DNA of 64,000 nt, from assembly GCA_043814545.1 (NCBI GenBank), contig JBDRJY010000007.1, forward strand, positions 6,819-70,818, given 5' to 3'. Numbering within the stretch: position 1 is the first letter of the stretch; each line of letters starts with the position of its first letter. The position numbers were made by a program, and so were the translations under genes. The DNA comes from an archaeon (lineage in GTDB: Archaea; Nanobdellota; Nanobdellia; SCGC-AAA011-G17; GW2011-AR17). Of the stretch, positions 45,594 through 54,897 are shown one piece after another. The notes below the pieces were generated by a model that made no database searches, was not told the origin of the DNA, and was given only the letters and a program-made list of their open reading frames with translations.

Positions 45594-45595
45594 TT

Positions 45596-46051
45596 TTATT
45601 CAATCAACAGTTTAGCTTTTTTCTCATCGTATTTCCAGTCTTGAGGTAAGATTTTTTTCTTAATATAATATTTAGCTAACCTACGAATTTTAGAGAAAGT
45701 TAACTGTGCCCCTCTTTTAGAAACTTTATCGTGTTTGTTAGCTCCATAATGTTTGATTAAAGCAATATGTTTTTTAATCAAAGCAGTAAGATCTTCAGGT
45801 AATTTAGGATTTAATTTGTTTTGTTTTAAGATTTCAGAAATCTTTTTATTGGTAACAGTTTTAACGTCAGGCACACCATAAGTGTCTCTCAAGATTAAAC
45901 CGATTTTACTGGCAGTAATTTCAGTTTTAGCTAACTTGACTATTAACTGTTCAATCTCTTTAGGTGTATATGTTAACCAAGAAGGTTTAACTTTTTTAAT
46001 TGGCTTAGTACTAGAAGATTTTCCTCGCCGTCTTGAATACATTCGTGCCAT
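45596..46051 (-). CDS. rps15: 30S ribosomal protein S15 (uS15/S13e)
   Basis: MARMYSRRRGKSSSTKP.. is the archaeal S15 N-terminus. 151 aa. Confidence 0.85.
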   Translation of the reverse strand: MARMYSRRRGKSSSTKPIKKVKPSWLTYTPKEIEQLIVKLAKTEITASKIGLILRDTYGVPDVKTVTNKKISEILKQNKLNPKLPEDLTALIKKHIALIKHYGANKHDKVSKRGAQLTFSKIRRLAKYYIKKKILPQDWKYDEKKAKLLIE

Positions 46052-46136
46052 TTTTATATCTCAGCATGTGAAAGTCCGTTTGAACAATCTACATCCGTTA
46101 GCGATTAATGAATTAAGAGGTCTTTATAAAAGTTTC

Positions 46137-46159
46137 GGGTTTTGCCTGCGGCTGAAAAG
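46137..46159 (+). promoter_or_regulatory. motif copy 5: GGGTTTTGCCTGCGGCTGAAAAG
   Basis: Sits between two divergent TATA-like boxes: CTTTTATAAAG for rps15(-), and TTATAAAT at 46162-46169 for the plus gene at 46191. Confidence 0.55.
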
Positions 46160-46190
46160 ACTTATAAATAAGCGTTTCATACCGCATTTC

Positions 46191-46997
46191 ATGGTAAAAT
46201 GGCCGTTTTTACAGAAATTGGATAAAAAACATTTGTTAATCCCTACTATCATTGTCGTTCTTGAAGGCGTTATTGCGTTAAGTTCTTTACCTGCAGGCTA
46301 TAAAGCCAATAACAACCCTTATTTCGAGAAACATGTTTGGGCATGGCAACGTAGTGCTTATGTTATTGAAGAAGGGCCAAGGTGGGCAGCTTACCAAACT
46401 GAAATTAACCAAGTACCTTTCAAAGATATAGAAAACGCAGCACAATATTCTTACAAAGAGTTACAAACTTTACAAACTACTGATAATATGAATGAAATTT
46501 CTGAGATACAAGGCGTTATTACTTTGAATGAAGATAAATTAAAATTTTACCCGTTCGAATGTTCTAACTCTAAACACGCTGAAAATTTAAATGGCTTATA
46601 TGATTCCCCTGAACAAGCTAAAGATTATTTAAAAAAAAATCAAAAAGAGATAAATAAAATCTTAAACATTGACGGTAACATCCAATTAAAAGAAAATTTA
46701 AGTTTGGAAGAAGTTCAAAAAATTATAAATGTTTATGTTTACTTAAGCGACTCTGCATCAAGTTGCACAACTAATGATTATGTACAGTTTTATGCAAACA
46801 ATAATTTGGACGGAAAAGTTATTGGGAGTTTTCATACACATAATGATGGTAGTAGTCCATCTGATTTTGATTATGATAAAAGTTTAAAACGAAGAGAAAT
46901 TGTTATTTCTTTTACTCAAGAAGGAAACAGTTTTACTTTATACGATTTAGTTAAAGGCGACGAACAAAACATTACAGTTTTACCTTTTAAAGAGTAG
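46191..46997 (+). CDS. membrane-anchored protein with a possible JAMM/MPN-like HxH...S..D motif. Start re-assigned from track ORF 45882
   Basis: The track ORF runs antisense through the S15 gene. The first in-frame ATG after the divergent promoter (TATA TTATAAAT at 46162-46169) is at 46191 (MVKWPFLQK..). The C-terminus has GSFHTHNDGSSPSDFD. Confidence 0.4.
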   Translation: MVKWPFLQKLDKKHLLIPTIIVVLEGVIALSSLPAGYKANNNPYFEKHVWAWQRSAYVIEEGPRWAAYQTEINQVPFKDIENAAQYSYKELQTLQTTDNMNEISEIQGVITLNEDKLKFYPFECSNSKHAENLNGLYDSPEQAKDYLKKNQKEINKILNIDGNIQLKENLSLEEVQKIINVYVYLSDSASSCTTNDYVQFYANNNLDGKVIGSFHTHNDGSSPSDFDYDKSLKRREIVISFTQEGNSFTLYDLVKGDEQNITVLPFKE

Positions 46998-47339
46998 CCA
47001 GTTCTTAGAATCTTTCATTCTGATTAAAGCGTAATCACCTTTAAGTTTTTCACCATGAATAGTGATAAGAATTTTATTTTTTTCCCATTCTTCTAAATCA
47101 TAAGTACCTTTGTCCCAAATTTTTACAGTACCCTTACCATAACCTTCTTCTATTTCACCTTCAAACTTTGCATAAGATTTAGCATGATCAGTTACTTCTA
47201 CTGCTAAACGTTTCAAACCTTTTTTTCTTGGCGGAGTTTTAGGTACTGCCCAACTTTTCAGAACCATCCCTTTTTCTAATCTTAAATCCCAATGTAAGTT
47301 TCTTGCATGATGTTCTTGTATAACATAAATTTTTTTCAT
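46980..47339 (-). CDS. stand-alone polynucleotide 3'-phosphoesterase (LigD-PE domain)
   Basis: VIQEHHARNLHWDLRLE matches the LigD phosphoesterase signature (H.A....HyDlRLE). 119 aa, as in stand-alone archaeal PE proteins. Confidence 0.7.
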   Translation of the reverse strand: MKKIYVIQEHHARNLHWDLRLEKGMVLKSWAVPKTPPRKKGLKRLAVEVTDHAKSYAKFEGEIEEGYGKGTVKIWDKGTYDLEEWEKNKILITIHGEKLKGDYALIRMKDSKNWLLFKR

Positions 47340-47387
47340 TATGGATTATAATAATTTTAGAATTTAAAAAGCTTAACAAAGTTTAAA

Positions 47388-48122
47388 CTAATCCGCTTTA
47401 ACAATAAAGAAAGAAATAATTAACAAAACAAAAATATAAAAAATAATCAACACAATCAACGACCAATCCGTTACTTGCGTACCATTAATAAAATCTAAAT
47501 GATTTTTATACTTAAACCCTAAATAATACCACCATTGGTTAGCATGAGTGTAAAGCTGGTAATCACGATTCTCTAAAGAACTTTCCAAATATTTTGCATT
47601 AAGTTCTTCCAACGATTTTTCACGCAAATCAATATCATCAAAATCATAACCTTCAGGAGTAATAAAATCTGTATAACCGCAAGACTTTGCTAAATTAATA
47701 ACTTCTTCATTATATTGATCATAAGGAAAAATAAGAGTCGTTATATCTCTTCCAGTAATTTCATCCAACTCTTGTTTACAAACACAAACTTCGTAATAAA
47801 GGTCAGCTTCATTTAACGTAGTAAGATCTTTATGCGTATAACCATGACAAGCCACTATCCAATTTTCTTTAATTAAATATGCATACTTTTCAATAGACTG
47901 AGGATAATTTATTCCAACGATCAAAGTATAATTATAGTCTTCATACAAATCACTTACAGCTTTAATGGTTGGATAATATTTATCAACATAAACATAAGGA
48001 AAAAAACCATTCTTTCCTGTAACATCATCTATCCTAATTATCACTTCTGATGAAACTAATGGTATTATTAATAATAACAAAAATACAAAAATCAAAACAA
48101 ATTTTAAGTTACGCATTTTCAA
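47388..48122 (-). CDS. polysaccharide deacetylase (NodB-homology) family protein, secreted with C-terminal TM
   Basis: Signal peptide. IRIDDVT (the TFDDG-equivalent Asp motif) and CHGYTH (HxxxH metal motif). C-terminal hydrophobic helix. Confidence 0.55.
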   Translation of the reverse strand: MKMRNLKFVLIFVFLLLLIIPLVSSEVIIRIDDVTGKNGFFPYVYVDKYYPTIKAVSDLYEDYNYTLIVGINYPQSIEKYAYLIKENWIVACHGYTHKDLTTLNEADLYYEVCVCKQELDEITGRDITTLIFPYDQYNEEVINLAKSCGYTDFITPEGYDFDDIDLREKSLEELNAKYLESSLENRDYQLYTHANQWWYYLGFKYKNHLDFINGTQVTDWSLIVLIIFYIFVLLIISFFIVKAD

Positions 48123-48291
48123 ACCTTGTTAAGCAAAGTGCCAAAATAAAACAAACAAAAAAACAAAGGCACCTCCAGCTAATAACAATAAACTATTTTT
48201 AATTTCTTCTCTCATTTTTTTAAAACTCCCCTTTTTCAACTATTTTAGTATCAAATATCAAAAAGAACTCTATATAAAATTTATGAAAAAG

Positions 48292-48399
48292 TAGCCCCGC
48301 GCGGATTCGAACCGCGGTCTCCGCCTTTCCCTTGAAAGATATCAATTAAGACATCATCCATCCAAAGGGCGAAATGATTGGCCACTACACTACGGGGCT
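48292..48399 (-). tRNA. tRNA-Gln (anticodon TTG) with canonical 35-nt intron after position 37
   Basis: Reverse complement is AGCCCCG...GTAGTGGCCAATCA..TCGCC-CTTTGG[ATGGATGATGTCTTAATTGATATCTTTCAAGGGAA]A-GGCGG-AGAC-CGCGG-TTCGAAT-CCGCG-CGGGGCT-A. The exon CCCTT pairs with intron AAGGG, as in a bulge-helix-bulge. Confidence 0.75.
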
Positions 48400-48458
48400 G
48401 TAACAGTAGTCAAAAAGAGAAACAATTGGTATATAAATTTAATGATTCACTAAAAATC

Positions 48459-49247
48459 CTACTTCAACTTAACAATAAAAAACACTTCGTTAAAAACTTC
48501 AAACTCTTCATACTTATAATCTTTAATTATCTGCTTAAACCAACTTAAACGATTCTTGCTAATCTTATTTTTACCACCTAATGTCCGCGTAGGAAAACTC
48601 ACAACCAACCATTTTACATTAAGGGAATGTACTAATTCTTTAGAAACATTTTTCTTAATTGTTTCAAGAGTATCTAACAACTTAAACATAAAACACACAT
48701 CAGCTTTAGGAAGCATAGGAATAATTGTCAAGTCTAAAGCAAAAGCTTCACCTTTTATTTTCAACTTACTAAAATATTTGTTTAACAACTTAGCATCATC
48801 TTCAGTAAGTTCAGTTGCATAATACTTCAAGTTACGTTTATTCATGTAAGGGTACGAAATAGGATTAAGACCACAACCTAAATCTAAAACAGAATTTACA
48901 TTACCAGTAACAGAAAAGATTTTCAAATAAATTTCGGAATAGAACGGCAACCTTTCCTTAGTAGATGTATGCAAAGACAAAACTTTATCATGAGTCTCAA
49001 GATCAGTAATAGAAGATATTTCATCTACCAGATCATTAGCCTTGTGAAACTTATGCAATTTGAAAGCACCATAAACTTCGCGTAAGATACGACGAGATTC
49101 TTTAACAACTTCTTTCTGATGTTTTTTCTTAGAAAGATCCTTATCAAAAGTTTTGACGACAGAATCAACAACAGATTTGACAAACTCGTAATCTAAAGAC
49201 CGTAACTCTTTTTTCTTTTTTACTTCTTCTACAAGTTCGGTTATCAT
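48459..49247 (-). CDS. class I SAM-dependent methyltransferase (possibly rRNA/ribosome-biogenesis related)
   Basis: Motif I VLDLGCGLNP. Lies in an operon with the KH/Rio1 genes, with 4-nt overlaps. Confidence 0.5.
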   Translation of the reverse strand: MITELVEEVKKKKELRSLDYEFVKSVVDSVVKTFDKDLSKKKHQKEVVKESRRILREVYGAFKLHKFHKANDLVDEISSITDLETHDKVLSLHTSTKERLPFYSEIYLKIFSVTGNVNSVLDLGCGLNPISYPYMNKRNLKYYATELTEDDAKLLNKYFSKLKIKGEAFALDLTIIPMLPKADVCFMFKLLDTLETIKKNVSKELVHSLNVKWLVVSFPTRTLGGKNKISKNRLSWFKQIIKDYKYEEFEVFNEVFFIVKLK

Positions 49248-49786
49248 AATTTTTCTTCAAACTGTTTATTTTTCAAATTACGTACAGAAACTTCTAACCA
49301 TTTGAAAACGTTACCATGCGGCGAACCTTCAAGCAACATTTCAATTGCACGTTTAGCTAAAGACAAATATTCAATTTCACCAAGGATAGCAATTGTCTTC
49401 CCGTAAACAGAAACATGACATTCGGTAAGACGTTCAATCATCTTCCTAGACTTACCTTCAGCACCAATAACTCTACCTTTCAACCTCATTTGAGTTTTCT
49501 TTGATTTACCTACAAAATCTTGAATATTAAGAATATCCAAACCATATTCTTCACTAAACAACAACATAGCATTTTCAGGCGAAAACCCTCTACCTATAGC
49601 CTGGACAACAATTTTCATTTCAAAAGCAGCAACACTATCTTTGGATTCTAAACCAACATCGCCAGTGTCAGAGTTAACAGAAATTCTTACACCAGACTTT
49701 TTTTCTAAAAGATTTTTAATTTCCCCTTTAGTACCGATTAGAACAGCTACACGTTCCTTGGGAATCTTAATTTCTTGTCGACTCAT
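49244..49786 (-). CDS. KH-domain RNA-binding protein (aDim2/Pno1-like)
   Basis: Two KH-like segments (VAVLIGTKGEIKNLLEKKSGVRISV and GRVIGAEGKSRKMIERLTECHVSV). Classic adjacency to Rio1. Confidence 0.6.
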   Translation of the reverse strand: MSRQEIKIPKERVAVLIGTKGEIKNLLEKKSGVRISVNSDTGDVGLESKDSVAAFEMKIVVQAIGRGFSPENAMLLFSEEYGLDILNIQDFVGKSKKTQMRLKGRVIGAEGKSRKMIERLTECHVSVYGKTIAILGEIEYLSLAKRAIEMLLEGSPHGNVFKWLEVSVRNLKNKQFEEKL

Positions 49787-50481
49787 TTTATTACTCGTTC
49801 AAACTCTTTTTCAGGGTCTAATATAAAACCTTGTTTCTTAAACCGCATGCAAACGTTCTTAATATCACGTTTTAACAATTCTTTCACGTTCGGATATCTT
49901 AAATCAACAGCATGTGACCAGTCTATAATAATAGGCCTTTCCTCGTAATTTATCACGTTAAACGCAGACAGGTCACCATGGACCAACCTTGCTTCTCGAT
50001 ACAACATTTGAACGTCTTTTATAAGCCTTTCGTAAAAGATTTTTGGGTCTTCTGGTGGACATTGACTCATTAAAGGCGCTGGATCATTGTTTTTACCGAT
50101 AAATTCCATTACAAGAATATTTTTATATACTGCTATAGGCTTAGGTACTTTAATACCCACTTTCCTGCATTTTAACAGATTTCTATACTCTTTCTTCGCC
50201 CAAGAGTAAATTATACTAGTTTTGTTTCTCTTTAAACCTGCAAATCTAGGGTCAGGCGACATGTATTCGTACATTTTCTTAAAATTAGCTGACACCCTAT
50301 AGATTTTTACAGCAACGTAACCATCATCTTTAGTAGCGGAAAAGACATTAGCTTCCTTACCTAGAGAAATCAAACTTTTCAATTCGTCAAAATAATTTTG
50401 TGATGATAACTTAAACAAACTTCTAAGAGTACTTTGATCAAATACATTTTCATAAGCCTTAAACTTGTCTAAGCCACCCAT
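49783..50481 (-). CDS. rio1: RIO-type serine protein kinase (Rio1-like)
   Basis: LVHGDLSAFNVI catalytic loop and IIDWSHAV metal-binding loop. No N-terminal winged-helix domain, so more like Rio1 than Rio2. Confidence 0.75.
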   Translation of the reverse strand: MGGLDKFKAYENVFDQSTLRSLFKLSSQNYFDELKSLISLGKEANVFSATKDDGYVAVKIYRVSANFKKMYEYMSPDPRFAGLKRNKTSIIYSWAKKEYRNLLKCRKVGIKVPKPIAVYKNILVMEFIGKNNDPAPLMSQCPPEDPKIFYERLIKDVQMLYREARLVHGDLSAFNVINYEERPIIIDWSHAVDLRYPNVKELLKRDIKNVCMRFKKQGFILDPEKEFERVIK

Positions 50482-50532
50482 AATAATTCAGAATTTAACT
50501 TGGTTTAAATACGTTGTGATTAAAGGGAAAGA

Positions 50533-51465
50533 TTAACAGAATAATTTATTATAAAATTCTTCTCGGCCTATTAAATTAAGAGATTCTATTTTCTTTTTCT
50601 CACTTTCATAATCATCGTTGTCATGGATAAACCAGCCTATACTCATAAAAACTACCATTTTCAGTATATCGTACAAATGTTCTTTCTCTATTTGAGTTAA
50701 TTTTCTATGTTTATTATATTCTACAAGAAGTTCTTTTGCCTTGTTAAAAATTAGTTTCTTCTTATGCGGCCAAGCCCAAAAATAAATCATATTTGATATA
50801 TCATAAAGAAGATAAACATAACTAGCATCATCAAAATCTAAAACAGCAGTCAGTTTATTATTTTTATATAAAAAATTTGAAGGGTGAGTATCACAATGGC
50901 AAAGTCCTTTAGGAAGGTTGTTAGGAAGTTTTAATTTCTGTAATTCTATTTTTAACCATCTTAATCTATTTTCAGATTCTGATTTGGATTTAATTTTTCT
51001 TGAATTTAATTTTGCATTTTTCCAACAGGAATTAGGATCATAAGTATCACGAACTTTATAATACTCTGGCTTATATCCAATACTAATCTTATGAAGTTTG
51101 CCTATTGTTTGAGCAATCAATTTAGCATCTCCTTTTTTTCTATGTACTCCTTCCATTAACTCAAAAAGGGCAAAAGGTTTATTTTTATATTTTCCAAGAA
51201 ATCTACCGTGTTTGTTTCTTATTGGTGCAGGGCAAGGATAAGAATGTTTTTTTAAATATTGTAAAATGTTTGATTCAAATAAAGCATATTTTTCAGGTCG
51301 GTTTTCATAATATCTAAAAACAAATTTTCCTCTTGTAGTTTCAAGCAATAAGTTTGTTTGGACAGCACCCAACTTAAAAGGTTTAAATTTTTTATATTCG
51401 CCTAAATCATACTCAGAAAGAATTTTATTAAAATCTTCTTTTGAAAATGTTGTTTTAACTGCCAC
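50533..51465 (-). CDS. phosphotransferase (APH/homoserine-kinase-II/choline-kinase fold) family protein
   Basis: HCDTHPSNFL (compare HGDxHpgNil) catalytic loop and LDFDDA (DFxxA) motif. Confidence 0.55.
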   Translation of the reverse strand: MAVKTTFSKEDFNKILSEYDLGEYKKFKPFKLGAVQTNLLLETTRGKFVFRYYENRPEKYALFESNILQYLKKHSYPCPAPIRNKHGRFLGKYKNKPFALFELMEGVHRKKGDAKLIAQTIGKLHKISIGYKPEYYKVRDTYDPNSCWKNAKLNSRKIKSKSESENRLRWLKIELQKLKLPNNLPKGLCHCDTHPSNFLYKNNKLTAVLDFDDASYVYLLYDISNMIYFWAWPHKKKLIFNKAKELLVEYNKHRKLTQIEKEHLYDILKMVVFMSIGWFIHDNDDYESEKKKIESLNLIGREEFYNKLFC

Positions 51466-51520
51466 ACTCTTTATTGATATAATTAGATTTAAAAAACTTT
51501 CTTTGTCAATAAAATAAAAT

Positions 51521-52093
51521 TCACTTAACTCTTCTTCTATAAAAGTCAGCTAAAAATATATTTTTTGTAAAAGCTCCTGCAGGTATACCAACCAAAACAA
51601 TAATCATGATTAAAAAGATAATACCTAACAAAATACTTTGCCCTAAAGCCAAAAGATAATCTCCAAAATTATTAAAAACAGATTTTATAATTCTAAATTC
51701 AAAAAAAGATTCAATTGTTTGTTTGTTAAAGAAATTTATAGTTAACATTGGAACTATCAATAATTGTAATAATAAATCAACCAAACTCAGCACACCTTCA
51801 TTTAATCCTAAGACTTCAACAACCAAACCTACAACACTAATAAAAATTGCATATACTATCACAAAAGGTAAAGCTTTCAAAAACATAAAAAAACCTAACT
51901 TCAAATCACTCTTAAACTTAAAAATTGGTAATTTCTTAAATTTACCCTTACAAAACTCTTGAACTATCCGAATAGAATATCCACCAATTGCAAACCAACC
52001 AATAATCGGCAAAAGAATCCATAAAATATTCAATAAACCTTTAGGTCTGTTAAAAGGATATTTGAAAGCTTTCTTAAAATCTAATTTTGCCAT
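51521..52093 (-). CDS. hypothetical multi-pass membrane protein
   Basis: 190 aa with about 4 hydrophobic helices. Confidence 0.4.
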   Translation of the reverse strand: MAKLDFKKAFKYPFNRPKGLLNILWILLPIIGWFAIGGYSIRIVQEFCKGKFKKLPIFKFKSDLKLGFFMFLKALPFVIVYAIFISVVGLVVEVLGLNEGVLSLVDLLLQLLIVPMLTINFFNKQTIESFFEFRIIKSVFNNFGDYLLALGQSILLGIIFLIMIIVLVGIPAGAFTKNIFLADFYRRRVK

Positions 52094-52131
52094 GTATTAA
52101 TCCAAGTTAACCAAACTTATAAAACTAACTA

Positions 52132-52587
52132 TTAAACAATAATCATCACTAAAGCCAACACAGCTCCAAAAAGAAAACCAGCAAAAACATCAGTAACATA
52201 ATGCCTTTTCATAACAACCCGAGTAACACCTGTAACAACAACCAATACAATAGATAATATAGTAACATAAAAATTCTGCAAAGAAACCGAACAAAAGATT
52301 GCTAACATAATGACACGCATAGAATGTAAAGAAGGAAACGAACTTGCACCCATTTTTTCCAAAAAAGTCACAGCCTTCATCTTCTTAGGACGTTCACGAA
52401 AATAAACAGATTTTATTATAACAACAATTACCAAAGACAAAACGTAAGCAATAATTAACTGTGCAGCTAAGATATACATTGAATAAATTAAAGATAAAAC
52501 AATAACAAAACCGTAAAAAGCTGTACTGCCAAAAGCTGTTAAACCTTCAACCAAATCTTTTATAATCAAATGCATATAATAACACAA
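52132..52587 (-). CDS. PAP2-family (type 2 phosphatidic acid phosphatase-like) membrane phosphatase
   Basis: The three PAP2 motifs: KSVYFRERP (KxxxxxxRP), SFPSLHS (PSGH) and KRHYVTDV (SRxxxxxHxxxD). Confidence 0.65.
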   Translation of the reverse strand: MCYYMHLIIKDLVEGLTAFGSTAFYGFVIVLSLIYSMYILAAQLIIAYVLSLVIVVIIKSVYFRERPKKMKAVTFLEKMGASSFPSLHSMRVIMLAIFCSVSLQNFYVTILSIVLVVVTGVTRVVMKRHYVTDVFAGFLFGAVLALVMIIV

Positions 52588-52610
52588 GACTTAAACAATT
52601 AAAAATGTAT

Positions 52611-53006
52611 CTAAAACTCTTCCATATCTTCAATAACTTCTTTTACCATACCTTTTCTCTTTAGAACAGAAACTTGATTAGGTTTATACTTGTAAACAAC
52701 ATCACCTTTCTCGTCACCGCCCAAATCCCAAGGCTTAATAAGTAAAGTATCACCTTCACGCACCCATAACCGCCTTTTCAACCTGCCAGGTATACGACAA
52801 ATCCTCATTCTACCATCAAAACATCTTACTCTCATTCTAGAACCACCAAGTCTAGACTCTAAAATCCCAAGAACTTCGTTATCTCTAGGCATCCTAACAC
52901 GAACAAACTCTGGTTGTGGTTCAAGTGTACCTTTCTGTTTCTTTTTCTTATCAAATTTCCTGGGTGGTGGCATTAGAATAAAGAATTGTGGATAGTTTAT
53001 AAACAT
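52611..53006 (-). CDS. eif1a: translation initiation factor 1A (aIF-1A)
   Basis: ..GILESRLGGSRMRVRCFDGRMRICRIPGRLKRRLWVREGDTLLIKPWD.. is the eIF1A S1/OB core. The real start is probably the internal Met (MPPPRK.. or MPRDNE..). Confidence 0.8.
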   Translation of the reverse strand: MFINYPQFFILMPPPRKFDKKKKQKGTLEPQPEFVRVRMPRDNEVLGILESRLGGSRMRVRCFDGRMRICRIPGRLKRRLWVREGDTLLIKPWDLGGDEKGDVVYKYKPNQVSVLKRKGMVKEVIEDMEEF

Positions 53007-53019
53007 TCGGTTTTAGCTT

Positions 53020-54309
53020 TCAGCTTAAATGTTTAGGTATTTTTTCGCCAATTACAAGTTGTTCAAACTGTTGATGCTCTCTTATAACATGCGAAAAACC
53101 ATTTGTATCAATTAAAACTTCTGTTGGTAATAACATAGAATTATAATTAGATTGCATTGACGTACCATATGCACCAACACAACTTATCACAACTAAGTCG
53201 TCAGGTTTTGCTAAAGCTAACTCTCTCGGTAACATGTGCCCAATTTCATCACGAGTAAAAACGTCGCCAGATTCACATAAGTTACCCGCAACAACAACGT
53301 TAGATTTTTTTCTTTCACCATTAGCAATAACAGCTATCGGATGGTAAGCACCGTAAGCCATAGGACGAACCAAATTGTTAAACCCTGCATTAATCATAAG
53401 AAAAGTCATCTCAGACGTATTTTTCAAACCTAAAACTTCTGTAATCAACGAACCTGAATCTGCTAAAAAATATCTTCCTGGTTCAAGCTCAAACTGAACT
53501 TTACCATACTCTTTTTTAAATTTCTTCAAACGTTCAAGTAACCGAGGAGCAAACTCGTGCAAGTTAAATTCTTTCTCAGTTAAAGAGTTATATACTGTAG
53601 GAAAACCGCCACCGAGGTTAACAAAATCTAAATTTTCAAATCTTTTTGCAATGCATAAACTTTTGTCAACAATGTTTAACCATCTATCAAGATCATTACC
53701 AGAACCGGCGTGCGTGTGAACACCTTTAATATTTAAGCTATGTTCCTGGGCAATTTTCTGTAACTCATCAATTTGTGTATGATAAATGCCATGCTTTGAA
53801 TAAGGTCCAGCAGTTGTACAAGTTAAATGATGACCAGTGCCCATTCCAGGATTAATACGCACAGCAATGTTGGGATTACGAAATTTCATTTTACCATAAC
53901 GTTCAATATCATCTAACGAACCAAGGTTAACCATAATATTATTATCAAACATATATTCTAACGTATCATGCGAACCATCATCACTTGTGAAAATCATCTC
54001 TTCAGGCTGATAACCTGTCTTAAGGCAACGCCAAACTTCGCCCTGAGAAACAGCGTCAATCATAAGACCTTCACTTTTTATTATTTTAAGTATAGCACCA
54101 AGAGTGTTAGCTTTACAAGCATAACGTAAATTAATGCCAGGAAGTTCACGTTTAAAATCTTGACACCTTTCACGAATAATATTTTCTTCATAAACAAACA
54201 AAGGAGTGCCGTGTACTATTGCTAATTCAGAAACATAATTTAAATTATCTTTAAACAAATCAGACCGTAATTCTCCATAAACTTTACTCGTTACTTTCTT
54301 CGTCAACAT
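53020..54309 (-). CDS. PLP-dependent diaminopimelate decarboxylase-family (fold type III) decarboxylase
   Basis: YACKAN (PLP-Lys), GMGTGHH, EPGRYF and CESGD motifs. 429 aa. LysA, as opposed to ODC or ADC, cannot be decided from sequence alone. Confidence 0.65.
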   Translation of the reverse strand: MLTKKVTSKVYGELRSDLFKDNLNYVSELAIVHGTPLFVYEENIIRERCQDFKRELPGINLRYACKANTLGAILKIIKSEGLMIDAVSQGEVWRCLKTGYQPEEMIFTSDDGSHDTLEYMFDNNIMVNLGSLDDIERYGKMKFRNPNIAVRINPGMGTGHHLTCTTAGPYSKHGIYHTQIDELQKIAQEHSLNIKGVHTHAGSGNDLDRWLNIVDKSLCIAKRFENLDFVNLGGGFPTVYNSLTEKEFNLHEFAPRLLERLKKFKKEYGKVQFELEPGRYFLADSGSLITEVLGLKNTSEMTFLMINAGFNNLVRPMAYGAYHPIAVIANGERKKSNVVVAGNLCESGDVFTRDEIGHMLPRELALAKPDDLVVISCVGAYGTSMQSNYNSMLLPTEVLIDTNGFSHVIREHQQFEQLVIGEKIPKHLS

Positions 54310-54613
54310 GTTTTCGGAAAAGAACTGTTGCCCTATATAAATCTTTACTTTTCATATTATCGCGAGTGTGTAAAGTATGAGTTACTTTTACTTCTCCTTT
54401 AAACTTCTTAAGCTTTGCAGCAATAGACCGAGCATACCTTTGCGAACTTAAATAAATGTCAACACCGCCCTTAACTTCAAAAATTCTAGAAATAAAAACA
54501 CTTTTACGTTTCTTAACTTGATTTTGAATAAAACGAAAAACTTCGTCGTCAAAAGGTCTTAACTGTATTACCGCTTCCCAATAATTATTTCCTGAATCAT
54601 AAACAACTTTCAT
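54284..54613 (-). CDS. conserved hypothetical protein
   Basis: 109 aa. Translationally coupled in a run with aIF2beta and the upstream small gene. Confidence 0.4.
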   Translation of the reverse strand: MKVVYDSGNNYWEAVIQLRPFDDEVFRFIQNQVKKRKSVFISRIFEVKGGVDIYLSSQRYARSIAAKLKKFKGEVKVTHTLHTRDNMKSKDLYRATVLFRKHVDEESNE

Positions 54614-54897
54614 AAATTAACCTCGACAATCTGCGCATGGGGCACGTCGCCAATATAAATTATATTTTCCTCAGATACAAACCTATGTTTCAACACAAAC
54701 TTAATAGATTCTTTACCAATAATGTTAATGTTGTGCGCGTCTTGTAAAATATTTAACAACTCTTCCTCACTCTTTTCTTCACCACCGTAAAAACGTTCAG
54801 TAATTTGAATTTCCAAATTTTCGTCAGAAATAGTTTTACCAATAAGATCTTTATCACAAACAGCTACAACACCTTGATGAATCTTGACAAGTATCAT
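54610..54897 (-). CDS. conserved hypothetical protein
   Basis: 95 aa. 4-nt overlaps on both sides. Confidence 0.4.
   Translation of the reverse strand: MILVKIHQGVVAVCDKDLIGKTISDENLEIQITERFYGGEEKSEEELLNILQDAHNINIIGKESIKFVLKHRFVSEENIIYIGDVPHAQIVEVNL

Noticed and set aside
45882-46190. N-terminal 103 codons of the 371-aa plus-strand track ORF
   Set aside because: The region runs antisense through the well-supported rps15 gene and its promoter. The first ATG after the divergent TATA box (46191) gives a sensible TM-containing start.
48145-48224. 26-aa hydrophobic mini-ORF (MREEIKNSLLLLAGGAFVFLFVLFWHFA) and a GTGCC-N27-GGCAC inverted repeat between the deacetylase gene and tRNA-Gln
   Set aside because: Too short and compositionally trivial to support. 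The inverted repeat has a long loop and no second copy.
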